DNA of 64,000 nucleotides from Octopus vulgaris (GCA_951406725.2 OX597823.1:59210001-59274000), one strand, 5' to 3'. Shown: positions 1 through 14,211, counted from the first letter of the stretch. Program-made: numbers and translations. The notes: generated from the sequence alone by a model not told the origin.

Positions 1-255
1 TCTTACTCCTTCATGACCACATTCTGCTACTGTTGTTTCCCCCACACCCACTCAGTTTTATTCTTCACCTAACTTCTTCAACCACAAATCATGTAATCGC
101 ATCATTTATACGAATTGCTCTTGCCTGGTTTCTCAATCGTCGGGTGGAAGCTCTTTTTTTTATCCCATGTTCTCTTCATTTGTTTCATGAAATCTCTTTT
201 AATTAACTCATTTCTCAGCAACATTCAATCAGAATCTTGTATACCTCGTATGTCA

Positions 256-412
256 CTCCGTTTTGAGTTCAAATTCCGCTGAGATCGACTTTGTCTTTCA
301 TCCTTTCGGGAGCTATAAATTAAGTACCAGTGAAACATTGGAGTCGATGTAATCGACTAGCCCCCTCCCCAGAAAATTTAAGGCCTTGTGCCTATAGTAG
401 AAAGAACGATTC
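256..412 (+). mobile_element. SINE family A, 5'-truncated copy (B-box, core, 'old' tail)
   Basis: GAGTTCAAATTC B-box followed by the core 'tcatcctttcggg..taaattaagtaccag' shared with the copies at 13403, 41669 and 63455. Confidence 0.85.
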
Positions 413-931
413 TTCTTTTTCTTCTTCTTCTTCTTCTTCTTCTTATTATTATTATTATTATTTTACAACAAACGTAGTACATCTTCAGTTCTTGACCAAT
501 TAAAACATTCCATCTCATAGTAACATTTGAACTGTGTTGTGTTACTGATATTAGAGAAAGTTTACAGTAGAAAAAAAAGCATTAACATTTTTTAGCATTA
601 ACCATAACCTACAACCTTTGGATATTTCATAGATTCTAAGTACTTAATAATAAAATATCTTCCCTATGTCATGCATACACAATCAAGTTATCAATTATTC
701 ATGTTCCTCTTAAAATGTGGGTCTGGAGAAGAAGGAAATGCAATTGAATATATGCTGCTCTTACCAAAGCTAACGAATCACGCACAAGAAATTGTGTTTT
801 GTCTATGCTTCGGTGTGAATATATATCTATGTATATGTGTATGTGTGTATGTGTGGGTGTATTGTATGAATGTTTATATTTTTCTATATGCGTATGCCGT
901 GAATTGTATGAGTGTACACACACATACACAT

Positions 932-962
<31 letters not shown>

Positions 963-975
963 CGCATATATATAC

Positions 976-1008
<33 letters not shown>

Positions 1009-1377
1009 AAGTAATGATGTTTTGCCAACCTAATGTGGCAGTCCCATTTTGAGGCGAATGCTACTGTTGCTTAGCCGCAGGAGACAGGGCAGGTTAGCAC
1101 CACCACCCAGCACAAAGAAGTATCTATGGACCGTATGGTTTCAGGGTTATTTTCCTTCGTCACCACAGAATAACGGCCCGCAGATACTGATTTATCTATT
1201 CTACATTTATAAAACGACTACTTATTCTTCTCTTGTATTCTATTCAATTGCGGCATGCATATGGGATATGTTAATTTCTTCAATGATAATATAAAAATAC
1301 GTGATTTTTTAGGACTTTAATTTCAAACGTGTAAAATACGCAGAAAGCAAGAAAGTATTAATGCAGTATTAAAATAT

Positions 1378-1797
1378 TTATTTCTTTATTGCCCACAGGG
1401 GTCTAAACAGAGAGGCGACAAACAAGAACAGACACATGCATTAGGTTAATTACATCGACCCCAGTGCGTAACTGGTACTTTATTTATGGAACCCCGAAAA
1501 GAATGATAGGTAAAGCCGACCTCGGCGGAATTTGAACTCAGAACGTAACGGCGGAGGAAATACCTATTTCTTTACTACCCACAAGGGGCTAAACACAGAG
1601 GGGACTAACAAGGACAGCCAAACAGATTAAGTCGATTATATCTACTCAGTGCGCAACTGGTACTTATTTAATCGACCCCGAAAGGATAAAAGGCAAAGTC
1701 GACCCTCGATGGAATTTGAACTCAGAACGTAGCGACAGACGAAATACCGCTAAGCATTTCGCCCGGCGTGCTAACGTTTCTGCCAGCTGGCCGCCTT
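1378..1797 (-). mobile_element. SINE family A dimer (one tRNA-like head, two body+tail units)
   Basis: Two tandem ~185-bp units, head only at 1750-1797, imperfect flanking duplication 'atgcagt..taaata'. Confidence 0.9.
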
Positions 1798-2583
1798 ATG
1801 CAGTTAAATAATAATGAATAACTGTATAGGATTTTTCTGTTTATTTAGTTTTTCCCTTTCTCAAGAATAATATTTTAGATTGCGATTAATTTTTTTCGTG
1901 GAATGTAGCAATAAGTGGAATGTAGCAATATGATGATTATTTCCCGAAAGATCATTTTAACATTGACATATCTTTTGAGAATTTATTGTTAATGGTTTTA
2001 TCTGGACGGAAAGAACTATACCCATGTTTTTTTTTAAATATTTTTGTTTTTGCAGGCCGAGACCTGTTTTTTCATATTTTTTACTTGCTTGTTTTGTGTG
2101 GAAGAACTGGCAATGTTCGTGAAATTTGCAGGCCCTACAAGTCCGTCGAACTTGATGCCATTAAGGTTCAGTTTCAAAAGTGACAGGTGTTTAAATGAAA
2201 AAAAAAGAAAAAAAAACGTCAGCAGTGAGAAAATTCCAGAAGGCTAAAAGATTTTGAGAGGAAAGGTTTAGACATAGTGCTTAATTCAGGGCGAGGAAGG
2301 AGCGGAAAGCAACATTGATGACGTGAGATGAATACAGACTATTTAGGTTTGAGCAGCAGAGGACGTATAAGACCAGCCAACTAGGAGTATTAGGTGTTGT
2401 TAATGAGAAAACTCAGTGAATTGCTCGAAAGACAATTTATATATGTCTAGACAATATTACTCTGATCATGCCAATATTCAGCGTAAAATTATAAAGTAAC
2501 ATAAAAGAAATTTATACCTCCATAAATGTTTCTGTAATGTGTCTATAATTTAAACAGTACAATAATAATTATTATTATTGTAA

Positions 2584-2995
2584 TGGCAGAAACGTTAGCA
2601 CGCTGGACGAAATGCTTAGCAGTATTTCGTCTGTCTTTACGTTCTGAGTTCAAATTCCGCTAAGGTCGACTTTGCCTTTCATCCATCCGGGGTCGATTAA
2701 ATAAGTAACAGTTACGCACTGGGATCGATATAATCGAATTAATCCGCTTGTCAGTCCTTGTTTATCCCCTCTGTGTGTAGCCCCTTGTGGGCAGTAAAGA
2801 AATAAGAAATGTTTGCACGCTGGGCGAAACGTTTGGCAGTGTTTCGGCTGTTTTACGTTCTGAGTTCAAATTCCGCAGAGGTCGACTGAACTTTATATCC
2901 TTTCGGGGTCGATAAATTACTGGGATCGATTTGATCGTCTGGCCCCCTCCCCTAAAATTTCGGGCTTTGTGCCTAGAGCTGAAAAGAATAATTAT
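2584..2995 (+). mobile_element. SINE family A dimer (young-tail unit followed by old-tail unit)
   Basis: 'tggcagaaacgttagcacg' head, B-box, tail 'ccccttgtgggcagtaaagaaata', then a second partial head and body with tail 'ccctcccctaaaatttcgggctttgtgcc'. Confidence 0.88.
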
Positions 2996-3067
2996 AATGA
3001 AAGTTTCAGAACAGTTTCATGTTTTACAAACTATGAATAATGAAGGTATTAATAATAATGATGATAA

Positions 3068-3283
3068 TCATTTCTACTGGAGGCACAAGGCCTCAGATTT
3101 GGGAGAAGGGGACTAGTCGATTACATCGACCCCAGTGTTTCACTAGTACTTAATTTATTGACCCCGAAAGGATGAAAGAGAAATTCGACCCCGGTGGAAT
3201 TTCAACCCAGAACGTAGCGACGGACGAAATACCGCTTAGCATTTTGCCCGGCATGCTAACGATTCTGCCAACTCGCCGCCTTT
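3068..3283 (-). mobile_element. SINE family A monomer
   Basis: Reverse complement of head (ggcggcgagttggcagaatcgttagc), B-box, core and tail. Confidence 0.88.
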
Positions 3284-3338
3284 TTTAATAATAATAATAA
3301 TAATAATGATAATAATAATAATAATAATAATAATAAAT

Positions 3339-3881
3339 GCCCTGATGCATTACCAGACAGTGGCTCTCATCGTTTCTGATCTTAACTGATTGGAAGTGTT
3401 ATCACGTACATTGTTTTGTCTTGGTATAAAAGATGGGCTACAGCAAATATTCTGCTCAATACCACAGGTTTGCTTGTCAGTTGTTTGACCATAACCAGTT
3501 GACCATGTCCCTTAGTGGCTGACGATATGTGAATCTCTGATAACGAGCAGAAGTAGTGGGGGAGCATCATAGCCGTGTGTCGAAAGGAATTCTCAGAGGT
3601 TTGGATAATTCACCTTTGGAAACATGGGTGGTTCGTTCAACATCCTTAAACAATCCTTATTCATGAACCTTTTGAGTGGGATGGGCTACTCGATCCGAAG
3701 AAAATTCCACCTGCAAGGTCATGCACTGTTTATCTTGATATGAGATCACCATGTCGCGCACATATGGTTGTGATGCATATGCTTGGTGTACCCTTATCAG
3801 ACGGGTAGTCATGATGGGTATACTGGGCTTCGTATATTTTACCCCAGTGTCACTTTGATGGCATGCACTGCTCTCTCATTC
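3339..3881 (+). mobile_element. ~545-bp non-coding interspersed element in an (AAT)n tract, copy 1
   Basis: Collinear and highly similar to 6778-7330 and 55377-55925; flanked by (AAT)n on both sides; strand inferred from the (AAT)n tail. Confidence 0.85.
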
Positions 3882-4357
<476 letters not shown>

Positions 4358-4360
4358 ATA

Positions 4361-4413
<53 letters not shown>

Positions 4414-4427
4414 TAATAATAATAATG

Positions 4428-4496
<69 letters not shown>

Positions 4497-4639
4497 TGTC
4501 TCGGCAAGTGACTGTAACAAACATGCAGATTAAAAGTAAAGATGACAATAATGACAATAATGATAATAATAATGATATTGCTGATGTTGCTGCTGCTGCT
4601 GCTGATGATGATGATGTTGATGATGGTGATGATAAAAGT

Positions 4640-4986
4640 ACAAACTCCTAAAAGTCGAAATTCCAAGAATGTGTCCTATGAGGAGACTGCCTGTCATTCC
4701 AGTAGCTGTAGGGGCGCTGGGGGCATTAACAACTAAGTTTGAGAAATACGTCAGAGAAATCGGAATTGATATGAGAGCAGAGCAAGCCTAAGGAATTGCG
4801 CTGCTGGGGACAGCTAGGATTTTGAGATTGGTACTTGGCGGTTGAATGTCTCTCACGATTATTAACAACCAAGTATCAAAGCTTATAATGTGCTGAAAGA
4901 GACCCTTTGAGATCTCTGACAGCAGGCTGCTGTCCGCTCTCATAGAATCAACCAAAGCAAACAAGATCGAGCGCTCTGAGAAGTAA
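4640..4986 (+). mobile_element. 3' end of an R4/Dong-like LINE (RLE C-terminus and 3'UTR)
   Basis: Translates to VIPVAVGALGALTTKFEKYVREIGIDMRAEQA*GIALLGTARILRLVL, then (AAC/AAT)n. Confidence 0.8.
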
Positions 4987-5055
4987 AACAACAACAACAA
5001 CAACAACAATAATAATAATAATAATAATAATAATGATAGTAATAACAACAACAAC

Positions 5056-6696
5056 ATGGATCAGCTATACCGGGATCTCCATACAAAAACAAATCTAATC
5101 GATTAACATCGGTGGAATGGAATAAAAGAACCTGTGGATGACTTGAAGGAAGCGGCCTTTTAGCAAGAATTATCACGAAAAGGAAATTTTACTGCCATAC
5201 AAAACACAGTTTCTCCCATGCACGATGTCTCAGGGAAACCTGTACGAAAGACAAATGCAAAATCAACATCGGAATGTTTACAAATTGTAAAATATAGGTG
5301 GAACAAAACAGTAAGTACGTCAATTGATTAATTACGCATACACTCGAATGTCTATACAATCATAAATACATTTTAATCCCAATGTTTACACAACCACGTG
5401 AAATTTACAGGACACATACACGCATGTGAAAGCTAGTGCCACAAACGATGCAAAACGTAACAAAACAATTTTTTTCGAACTAATATAGGACAGAAGGAAC
5501 AATTCATAAGTTTAAAAACACCACAAAAAACTATGCCCGGAGATAAATCTGTCAACAAAAAATGCAAGACAAATACAGATCTGTTAGCCTTAAGAAGCTA
5601 CGTTACCAGCAACGTTTTCATTCAGAGAACTCAGAGTCGGTGCTGTCTCAAAATGTTAACCTTAAACAGACAGATCCGTCCTCTTATGTCAACGTCCAAA
5701 CTAGTCATGCCTCAATGATAACAAAGTAAAATACACACCGAATCGGCCATCATCAGGATTGAAAAAGGGCCGCGCACCCCTGTGAGGAACCAGGGTGGGT
5801 ACGAAAAATCAGCTACTGGTTCAAAGCTTTCCAAAACACAGGAGCTGGGAGTACCCAACGACTGGAATATTCCAGCAGATGGCCATCCACGCTTGTGGGC
5901 AGAAGAAAAACACACACAATAAAAATGTCCCTTCGACTGATAGAATATCTACTGACTTGGACTCCTTAGAAGAGCAAAAGTGGGAGGATATCAAGGTAGA
6001 GGATGTATGATCAGCTCTCGGAAAGTTAAGCAAATAGAATGTCTAACTTCTGGTTGAATGCCTCACCAGAGAGTCGTGAACTGATAACAAAACGTTACAA
6101 CAATGTTTTGCAACCTTCAAGGAGCTACCAGTTTAACATATTAAAAGACGGTTGTAGCACAACATATCGTGTATGTAAACAATAAAATGAAACTATTGAT
6201 CACGTTGTCTCCATGTGCAGTCTTCTTGCACTTATAGAGTATCTCAACAGCCATGCTAGAGCAACACAATATATTCACTGGATAATTTTAAAAAACCTGG
6301 ACCTACCCTCGACCTATCTTGAAATAGCAATTGGCAAAATGTGGAACCTCATGATTAAACAATACCTGTTGAAATAGGTGCCCTAGTAATGTTAGCGAAA
6401 GGAGCTGTCTCCTACTTTACTCAGATACCAGAAAACCCCAAAATGGCAGAAATTCAAAAGAGTGCTCATGGGAACTGCTCATATCCTACGTAAAATACTA
6501 TCTATGTAATCTCAAATTTTAAAACAAACTCATAATTTTATGCTTTCTTAAACATTCTCTAGAACAATGCCTTGTGCAAAACCAAATATTTGGTACCCTA
6601 GGCATATCACCAACTTGAACATTTAACTTGTCCCTTGAGGCCTCTGGGTGAGACTTGGAGTCAACTTATACAAATACAAAGCAAAAGTGAAACATA
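5056..6696 (+). mobile_element. Internally deleted R4/Dong-like LINE (RT missing)
   Basis: Zn-knuckle remnant YRVCKQ*NETIDHVVSMCSLLALIEYLNSHARATQYIHW (~6165-6280), RLE C-terminus LEIAIGKMWNL..TIPVEIGAL, ends in (AAT)n. Confidence 0.8.
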
Positions 6697-6707
6697 TAAT
6701 AATGATG

Positions 6708-6776
<69 letters not shown>

Positions 6777-6777
6777 T

Positions 6778-7330
6778 GCCCTGATGCAGTACCAGGCAGT
6801 GGCTCTCATGGCTTCTGATCTTAACTGATTGGAAGTGTTATCATGTACATTGTTTTGTCTTGGTATAAAAGATGGGCTACAGCAAATATTCTGCTCAATA
6901 CCACAGATTTGCTTGTCAGTTGTTTGACTTTAACCAGTTGAGCATGTCCCTTAGTGGCTGACGATATGTGCATCTCTGATCACGAGCAGAAGTAGTGGGG
7001 GAGCATCATAGCCATGTGTTGAGAGGGATTCTTTGGAGTTTGAATAGTTCACCTCTGGAAACATGGGTGGTTCTTTCAACATCCTTAAACAACCCTTATT
7101 CAGGGACCGTTTGAGCGGGATGGGCTACTCAACCTGAAGAAAATTCTAACTGGGCCCACCTGCAAGGTCATGTGCTGTTTATCTTGATATGAGATCACCA
7201 TGTCGCGCACATATGGTTGTGATGCATGTGCCCGGTGTACCTTTATCAGACGGGTAGTCATGATGGATATATTGGGCTTCGTATATTTTACCCCAGTGTC
7301 ACTTTGATGGCATGCTCTGCTCGCTCACTC
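6778..7330 (+). mobile_element. ~545-bp non-coding interspersed element in an (AAT)n tract, copy 2
   Basis: Same 5' start (aaatGCCCTGATGCA) and 3' end (..cactc-aataat) as copy 1. Confidence 0.85.
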
Positions 7331-7351
7331 AATAATAATAATATTAATAAT

Positions 7352-7714
7352 AACAAGAGCACTCAGAGAGCGCAAATCTCCGCCAAGGCTACACCAACGT
7401 CCTCTCAACAATTAGCCGAAGAAGAATTTTAAAATGAGAATATCTCAAATAAACCTAGCGTCTCTCACAAACAAGAACGCTAAAAATGAACCCGACTTCT
7501 CTCAAAAATTAAGAAAAAAACGGAAAATAATCTAAAATTATTGTCGGGTATCCGATCGATCCCACAATCTAATCAGTTCGTTCCAGTCACGACGCCAAAC
7601 ATCCCTGAAAGTTTCATCTGAATCCCTCCAGAGGTTCTTGAGATAGCTTATCCACGGACAAACAAACAAACGCAACTGAAAACAATATTTCCGCCTTCGC
7701 CAAGACGGAGGTAA
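7352..7714 (+). mobile_element. Non-autonomous Helentron-like (HINE/DINE-type) element; a second partial copy lies at 8042-8230
   Basis: 5' aacaagag start, subterminal 'ctccgcc' matched by the 3' hairpin 'tccgccttcgccaagacggaggtaa', 'aagtttcatc..aatcc' core, short (CAAA)n. Confidence 0.65.
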
Positions 7715-7837
7715 TAGTGTCTGAGGTGCTTGTTGTGACTTGACAAACAGTACAAACCTCCTGTAGTCACATTATTGTCAATCAATAACCTCATGATATA
7801 GTATACTGTGCGACGTCTCTAGCAACAACAATAATGA

Positions 7838-8042
7838 TAATCTTTTCAACTCTAGGCACAAGGCCCGAAATTTTGGGGAAGGGGGCCAGTCGTTACATCG
7901 ACCACAGTATGCAACTGGTACTTAATTTATAGACCACCGAAAGGACGAACGGCAAAGTCGATCTCGGCGGTATTTGAACTAAGAACATAAAGATAGACGA
8001 AATATGCTAAGCACTTCGCCCGGCGTACTAAAGTTTCTGCCA
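7838..8042 (-). mobile_element. SINE family A monomer
   Basis: Similar to the other family A copies. Confidence 0.85.
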
Positions 8043-8230
8043 GAGAACACTAAAAATGAACCCGACTGCTCTCAAAAATAAAAAAATAAAACAGGAAAAA
8101 TAATCCAGAATCCTTGTCCGGTACCAGATCGATCACCAAATTTAATCAGTTCGTGCCAACCTCGAAACTAAACATCCCTGAAAGTTTCATCCGAATCTAT
8201 CCAGCGGTTCTTGAGATATCTTGTCCAAGG

Positions 8231-9733
8231 AGTGGTGATGTTCCGGAGTGAATTGTAGAGGAAACGACAACATTGTTCATGAAAGATTGGTCAAAGGGCA
8301 ATGAGGTTGGCAATTACCGACCTATTACTTGTCTTAACCTCTTATGGAAAGTGTTAACAGGCATCCTCGCGGGGGAAAATATACATGTTCCTTGCAGAAA
8401 ATAATGTACTACCATTAGAACAAAAGGGATGCCGAAAAGGATCCAAGGGCATCAAGGACCATCTTGTGATAGGCAATGTTGTAATGAAGAATTGCAAACG
8501 GTACCAAAACAATTTATGCATGGCCTGGATAGACTTTAAAAAAGCTTACGACATGTTGCCGCCTTTGTGGATTTTGGAAACACTCGATATGTGTGGAATA
8601 GCTGAGATCGTGTGGGTGCGGATTAAGAAAAGCATGCCTAGTTGGAAAACACGTCTTTTTCTATAACAACCAGCATTTAGCCGAGGTAAATATCAAAAGA
8701 GGTATCTTCCAAGGAGACTTTTGTTCACCTTTGTTATTAGTTATAGCCTTGATCCCACTTATTGTAGTCCTACGCAAAGTCAACGCGCTCGATGAACTGA
8801 AAAAGAATGGACCTCGTTTCAACCACCTTCGCTTCCTGGATGATTTAATACTGTTAGCACAAACAGAGCTTGAAATAGAGAGGCTGGCTGACACCGGGAT
8901 GGAACTCGGTATCTCGAAATGTGCGGTGCTCAGTTTGAAACGGAGAAAAAGAGCAGATTGTAGGGGCATAGAATTGCCAAACGGATAGAGAACGGAAGAC
9001 TCGGATGATAATATGTTCAAGTACCTTGGGATCCGGGAGCTGGACAATATCTTGCACAGAGAAATGAAAGACAAGGTCATCACAGCATATTTGAAGCGCC
9101 TCAAACTTCTCTGAAACCAAAACTGAATTCAAGGAACTTTGTGAATGCCATCAACATATGGGCTGTTGCTGTAGTCCGCTATAGTGCACTCATCATGAAA
9201 AGGACACAAGCGAAGATTAACCAACTCGATCGCACTACCCGAAAGACAATGACAATGCATGGTGCCCTTCACCCTAAGGCGAACGTAAACCAGCTCTACA
9301 TGAGGGGAGGTAAGGGTGAACGTGGGTTGATTAGCGTACGGGAGTGCATCAAGAAACAACAGAATATTTGGTAAACTGCAAACAAGACCTTCTACAGTAT
9401 GCTGCTACTGCAGAAGGATTTATCAAAAATGGACTTGGAGACCTGAGAATTGAGATCGCCAAGATGTGGCAGCGACGAGAGTCAAACATAAAGGCTGTGC
9501 CTATTGTCATCGCAGCATTGGGTTCAATGCCACCCAACCTGAAAACACATCTTGAGATACCCTACAATTTAAGTGTATTGCAAACATCGGCATTACTTGG
9601 AACTGTACGCATATGGCATAAAGTACTGTCTGTCCGAGGTACTTGTTGTGACTTGACAGACAGTACAAACACCCGGTAGACACAATATCTTCAATGAACA
9701 ACATTACGATATTGGATGCTGTGCAACATCTTA
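8231..9733 (+). pseudogene. 5'-truncated, degenerate R4/Dong-like LINE (RT plus RLE C-terminus)
   Basis: [74 protein letters not shown]; stops and frameshifts; (AAT)n tail; its 3'UTR recurs at 7716-7825. Confidence 0.93.
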
Positions 9734-11259
9734 AATAATAATAATAATAATTTATGATATTGGTTGTGAAATGTCTCTGTGGAAAGATGTGTTGACTCCA
9801 GGGTTCAACCAATACATATTTTATCGACCGCGAAAGGAGGAAAAGCAAGTTCGACTTCGACAGAATTTGATCTCAGAAGGTAAAGACAGGCGAAATGCCG
9901 CTAAGCATTTTGCCCTGCGGTAACGATTCTGTCAGCTCATCGCTTTAATAGCAACAACAACATCAACAACAACGATTATAGCAAGGCAACTGAAACCAAA
10001 GAAATGGAATTATTCAATAATGATATTTTGCTTACATTAGCCTACCACACCTCCAATGACACATTAAAACCGCTTGGTGACAATTTGAGACATTAATCCA
10101 GCTTAGAAAGGCCAGACAAGTTTTCCATTTAATCTACAGAAGATATTAATAAAAACTGTGTTGCTGATGTTTGCTTATTAGAAGAAGAAAACTCAGTTGT
10201 TGAAAGGTTCACTAAATGAAAAGTTTATCATGTTATGTATACATTACATTATACTACATAATTTAAATATAATCCATTTTGTGGATGTCAATGTAATCGA
10301 TGTTATGTGATGTAAAACTTTTGTTGGGGTTAAAACATTATTTGGAACTACTGTTAGCGGCAACTGGAATGTGGTTTCAATTCTATTATGAGTGTCTTCT
10401 GAATATGACGACTGTAGTACTTGACTGGCATTGATTTTATTGTCCCGTCAGAAGTCGACCTCGATGAGATTGGAACTCGGAATTCAAAGCTCAAAGGACC
10501 TCAAGTAAACCGCTAAGCATCCAGCTCAAATATTTTAAATTTTTATGTTAAAACTGACCAGACCCAACCTCTCATACCTAAGCTCCAATGTCATTCTAAA
10601 AATATAGAAACACACCATGGCAACCTTGAAGATACAAGATGAGTGATGAATTCAAAACAAAATGAATAAACAAGCAGTACATTTGATAAAGCATTCTGAA
10701 TGCTAAAGGGTTAACAATTCGAGGTTTTTATTCAAATCTTTGTCAATATTGATTTCAAATGTTGACTGAAGGCCGGCGATTTTGGGGAGGGGATGAGTCG
10801 ATTACATTGACACCAGTGTTTAACTGGTACTTATTTTTATCGATGAAAGGCTAAGTCAACCTCCACAGAAGAAACGCCTCTAAAGATCTTGCCAGCTGCT
10901 CGTTGGTTTTATTCACCCGGTTATATTATATATGTTACTGATATGAGGCTGGCTTAAGGTGGCGAGCTGGAAGAATCGTAAACGCAAAATGTTTAGTGGA
11001 ATTTCATTTGTCTGAACGTTCTGAGTTCAAATACTAGAGGAGTTGATTTTTTGCCTTTTTGAATTACTAAAGTACCAGCTAAATACTGGGGTAGATACAC
11101 GTTTTTTTAGTAAGTTATAAAAAGAACGAATTTGGCTCATTGTCTTAATTCAGTTAACATGATTTCATCAATCAGCCTGTTGGTTGGGATTCATTTTGCT
11201 TTTATGTGTTTATATAATTCCTTATCACTTAGAATGTGTGGCTTCCTATTTATTGATGA

Positions 11260-11643
11260 CTAGCAGTATCGCCCGGCGTTGCTCAGGTTTGTAAGGGAAA
11301 TAACTATAAAGCATTTTTAGAGAGTTATAGCCAAAAAATAGCAAAAAAAATGGAAAAAAATGATGGTAAATTTTTTTTGAGAGTTAAAAAAGGTGGAGTT
11401 GCGTCCCCTAGACGGTCTGTGGTTTGGGTTTCTGATTCTCGACCCCATGTCGAATTTATCGATTTTTTTCAGAACTGGGGGAACTTTTCAAAATTTTCGC
11501 TGCGTTAGTTTTGAATTATGACATTGGGCTATGTGTATGTCAAGTTTCATCAGAATCGGTTGAAAGCCGTGGTCAGAGTGAGGGTACGAGAAAACAGACA
11601 CACAGAAAACGCACAGACAAACTGCCGTTTATATAGAGAGAGA
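11260..11643 (-). mobile_element. Non-autonomous Helitron
   Basis: Minus strand reads A|TCTCTCTCTATATAAA...GC-rich hairpin...CTAG|T: canonical 5'-TC, 3'-CTAG and AT target. Confidence 0.85.
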
Positions 11644-11864
11644 TTAAAGGATTTCAGTGAGTTTATAATTAGAAAGCCTTTCTTTCATTTCTTTCTATAT
11701 GCACACTAAACTATTTTTTGCCGTTTTCTGTTAAAGTATTCCGCTGCAAGTACACGAGCATTAACAGTTTTCGTGTCTTGGTTTGTCTGTTTAAACAGGT
11801 ATATCTGCTTAAACATAAATGATATCTTAGCTTCTGTATTAAATTTAAAAGGGTAAAGAAGGAT

Positions 11865-12148
11865 AAAGACCCCCTTCGATCACAAATGACCATGGGATTT
11901 CACCTAGAAAGTCCCCATCTTGCGCACAAGTTGTTTTGTGGAAGACCAACAGTCGCCCATGCATACCAGTCTCCCAACTCCAGAACACTGATGCTGTCCA
12001 ATGGAAAGGCAAAGGCCGATACAGCTTGGTAGCAGTGATGTTGCAACTCGTTTCTACATCTGAGTAACTGGAACGATGTGAAATAAAGTCAGGGAATCGA
12101 ACTCATTACCTCATGATTGCGAGCCTGACACTATAACCACTGAGCCAT
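11865..12148 (-). mobile_element. tRNA-derived SINE family C
   Basis: Minus strand A-box TGGCTCAGTGG and B-box GAGTTCGATTCC; homologous to 31108-31442. Confidence 0.8.
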
Positions 12149-12212
12149 TAAACTTACATTGTGCAATAGAAGGTCCCGAAGTAAATTCGTTATTTTCATT
12201 CTATATATGTGT

Positions 12213-12250
<38 letters not shown>

Positions 12251-12283
12251 GTATGTATACATATATATATATATATATGTATG

Positions 12284-12338
<55 letters not shown>

Positions 12339-12366
12339 GAAGAGCAGAATAGATAAATAGATATAT

Positions 12367-12400
<34 letters not shown>

Positions 12401-13402
12401 GTACAGACACACATATGTATGTGTGAGTTTGTGTGTGTGTCTGTTTGTATATAAGTACATTTGTTGTACCACAAACACAGCTGAACCAAAGTCTTGTGAT
12501 AGTAAAATAATAAGATGGAAACTATATGGTAACCTTGATGTCGTTAGGAGAACCCATTGTATTTTAAGAGCGGTGCATTTGATCTGCCACCCATATTAAC
12601 TCATTCGGGTGGACTTATAGTGCCGTTGGCGGTGTGCGATGCGTCAGAAAAATTTACGTCATGTCTTTGGCTCTAGACGTAACTTCATCCCTTCCTCATA
12701 TTAGTCTTTAAAACACAGAAAAATATTTTCGAGGTCAACATCCCTGCCCTAATAAATAAAAAGAAATGGTTATGCTTGGATATCTTTTCCGAAATCTTTC
12801 AACAGGTTCCACTGTTCATGAGAAGTGAAACGACCTCTTGTATTCGAAGTGGTTACACCACGTCAACTTTTTGATTATTTTCATAGCCACCAATATGTGT
12901 GAGAAATTGTATTGCTTTAGTGCCAAAATATTTCTGTTGCGTTTAGGCTTTTTCACATATCTGTATTTTTGTGTATGAAAGAGACAGAGAAACACAGAGA
13001 AAGAAAGAAAGAGAGAAAGGGAAGGAGAGAAAGAGGTAGAGAGATTCTATGCATTATGTTTACGTACGATTGAGGTTTTAGAGTAACCAGTTATTTTCCT
13101 TCACATTTTGAGTACATCTGTGTCGCATAATGAACATAAAAATCAATATCAAGATTATTTTCGAAATAAATAAAAATCAAATGTTTGGAACTTTAGAAAA
13201 AATATGTTAATTTTCTTTGATATGACAAACAAGAAATACCTGATATAATATTAGCGTCACCTCAATGTGAAGCTTGGTGAGAAGAATAATGATAATAGTG
13301 CTTAGTATCTTTTACGACTCATATTCGACAATTTTACTCTGGCTTCATAGTTCTTCACAACGTACAACTACTACACGGTGTCCTTAAATTACCTTAGATT
13401 AA

Positions 13403-13634
13403 AAGGCAGCGAGCTGGCAGAAACGTTAGCACGCCGGGCGAAATGCTTAGCGGTATTTCGTCTGCGTTACGTTGTGAGTTCAAATTCCGCCGAGGTCGAC
13501 TTTGCCTTTCATCCTTTCGGGGTCGATAAATTAAGTACCAGTTACGCACTGGGGTCGATGTAATCGACTTAATACCTATGTCTGTCCTTGTTTGTCCCCT
13601 CTGTGTTTATCCCCTTGTGTGTAATAAAGAAATA
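13403..13634 (+). mobile_element. SINE family A, young full-length monomer with 16-bp TSD
   Basis: Head, B-box, core and tail; direct repeat ggtgtccttaaattac at 13377-13392 and 13635-13650. Confidence 0.95.
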
Positions 13635-14211
13635 GGTGTCCTTAAATTACATTTATAATTCAAATAGAAATTAAAAATAAGTGTAACTCAGCAGAGTTTA
13701 CTGGAAAACAGTCAAGCAAATAACGTTTTACCGGAAACATCAAGACATTGCCACCTGGGCTCGTCTTATTGCACATAATACATCTTGAGGATGAATTGTG
13801 GAAGTCGTAAAGGTAATTTATACGAAAATTCCTAGTAGATAAGTCTGGAATGTGCTGACTGTAAGATAAACAGCGTCTGTCACAACCCTGGTGAACAGTA
13901 TTGATCCTTGAGTCACTAACTCCACACACACACATACCCACATATCACACCTACACACGCATGCACCCCTGCATATATATATGTGTGTGTGTGTGTGTGT
14001 GTATGTGTGTGTGTGTGTATGTATATATATATATATATATATAGATAAATAGATGTGTGTATTTTCCCTTGTTTTCAGTTAACACGGAAAAAATAGATAA
14101 ATAGTTACCAAGGTAGCAAAAAATCACACCAGTAAAAAAGCGAAATTCCTTGTTTTTAAAGGTAGAAAATCCGGGTTTACGTGAAATATTTTGTATGATA
14201 TAAATAAATAA

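Noticed and set aside
10506-10714. piggyBac-like MITE ending 'gaatgctaaagggTTAA'
   Set aside because: Only the right end is convincing; the left TIR is too degenerate.
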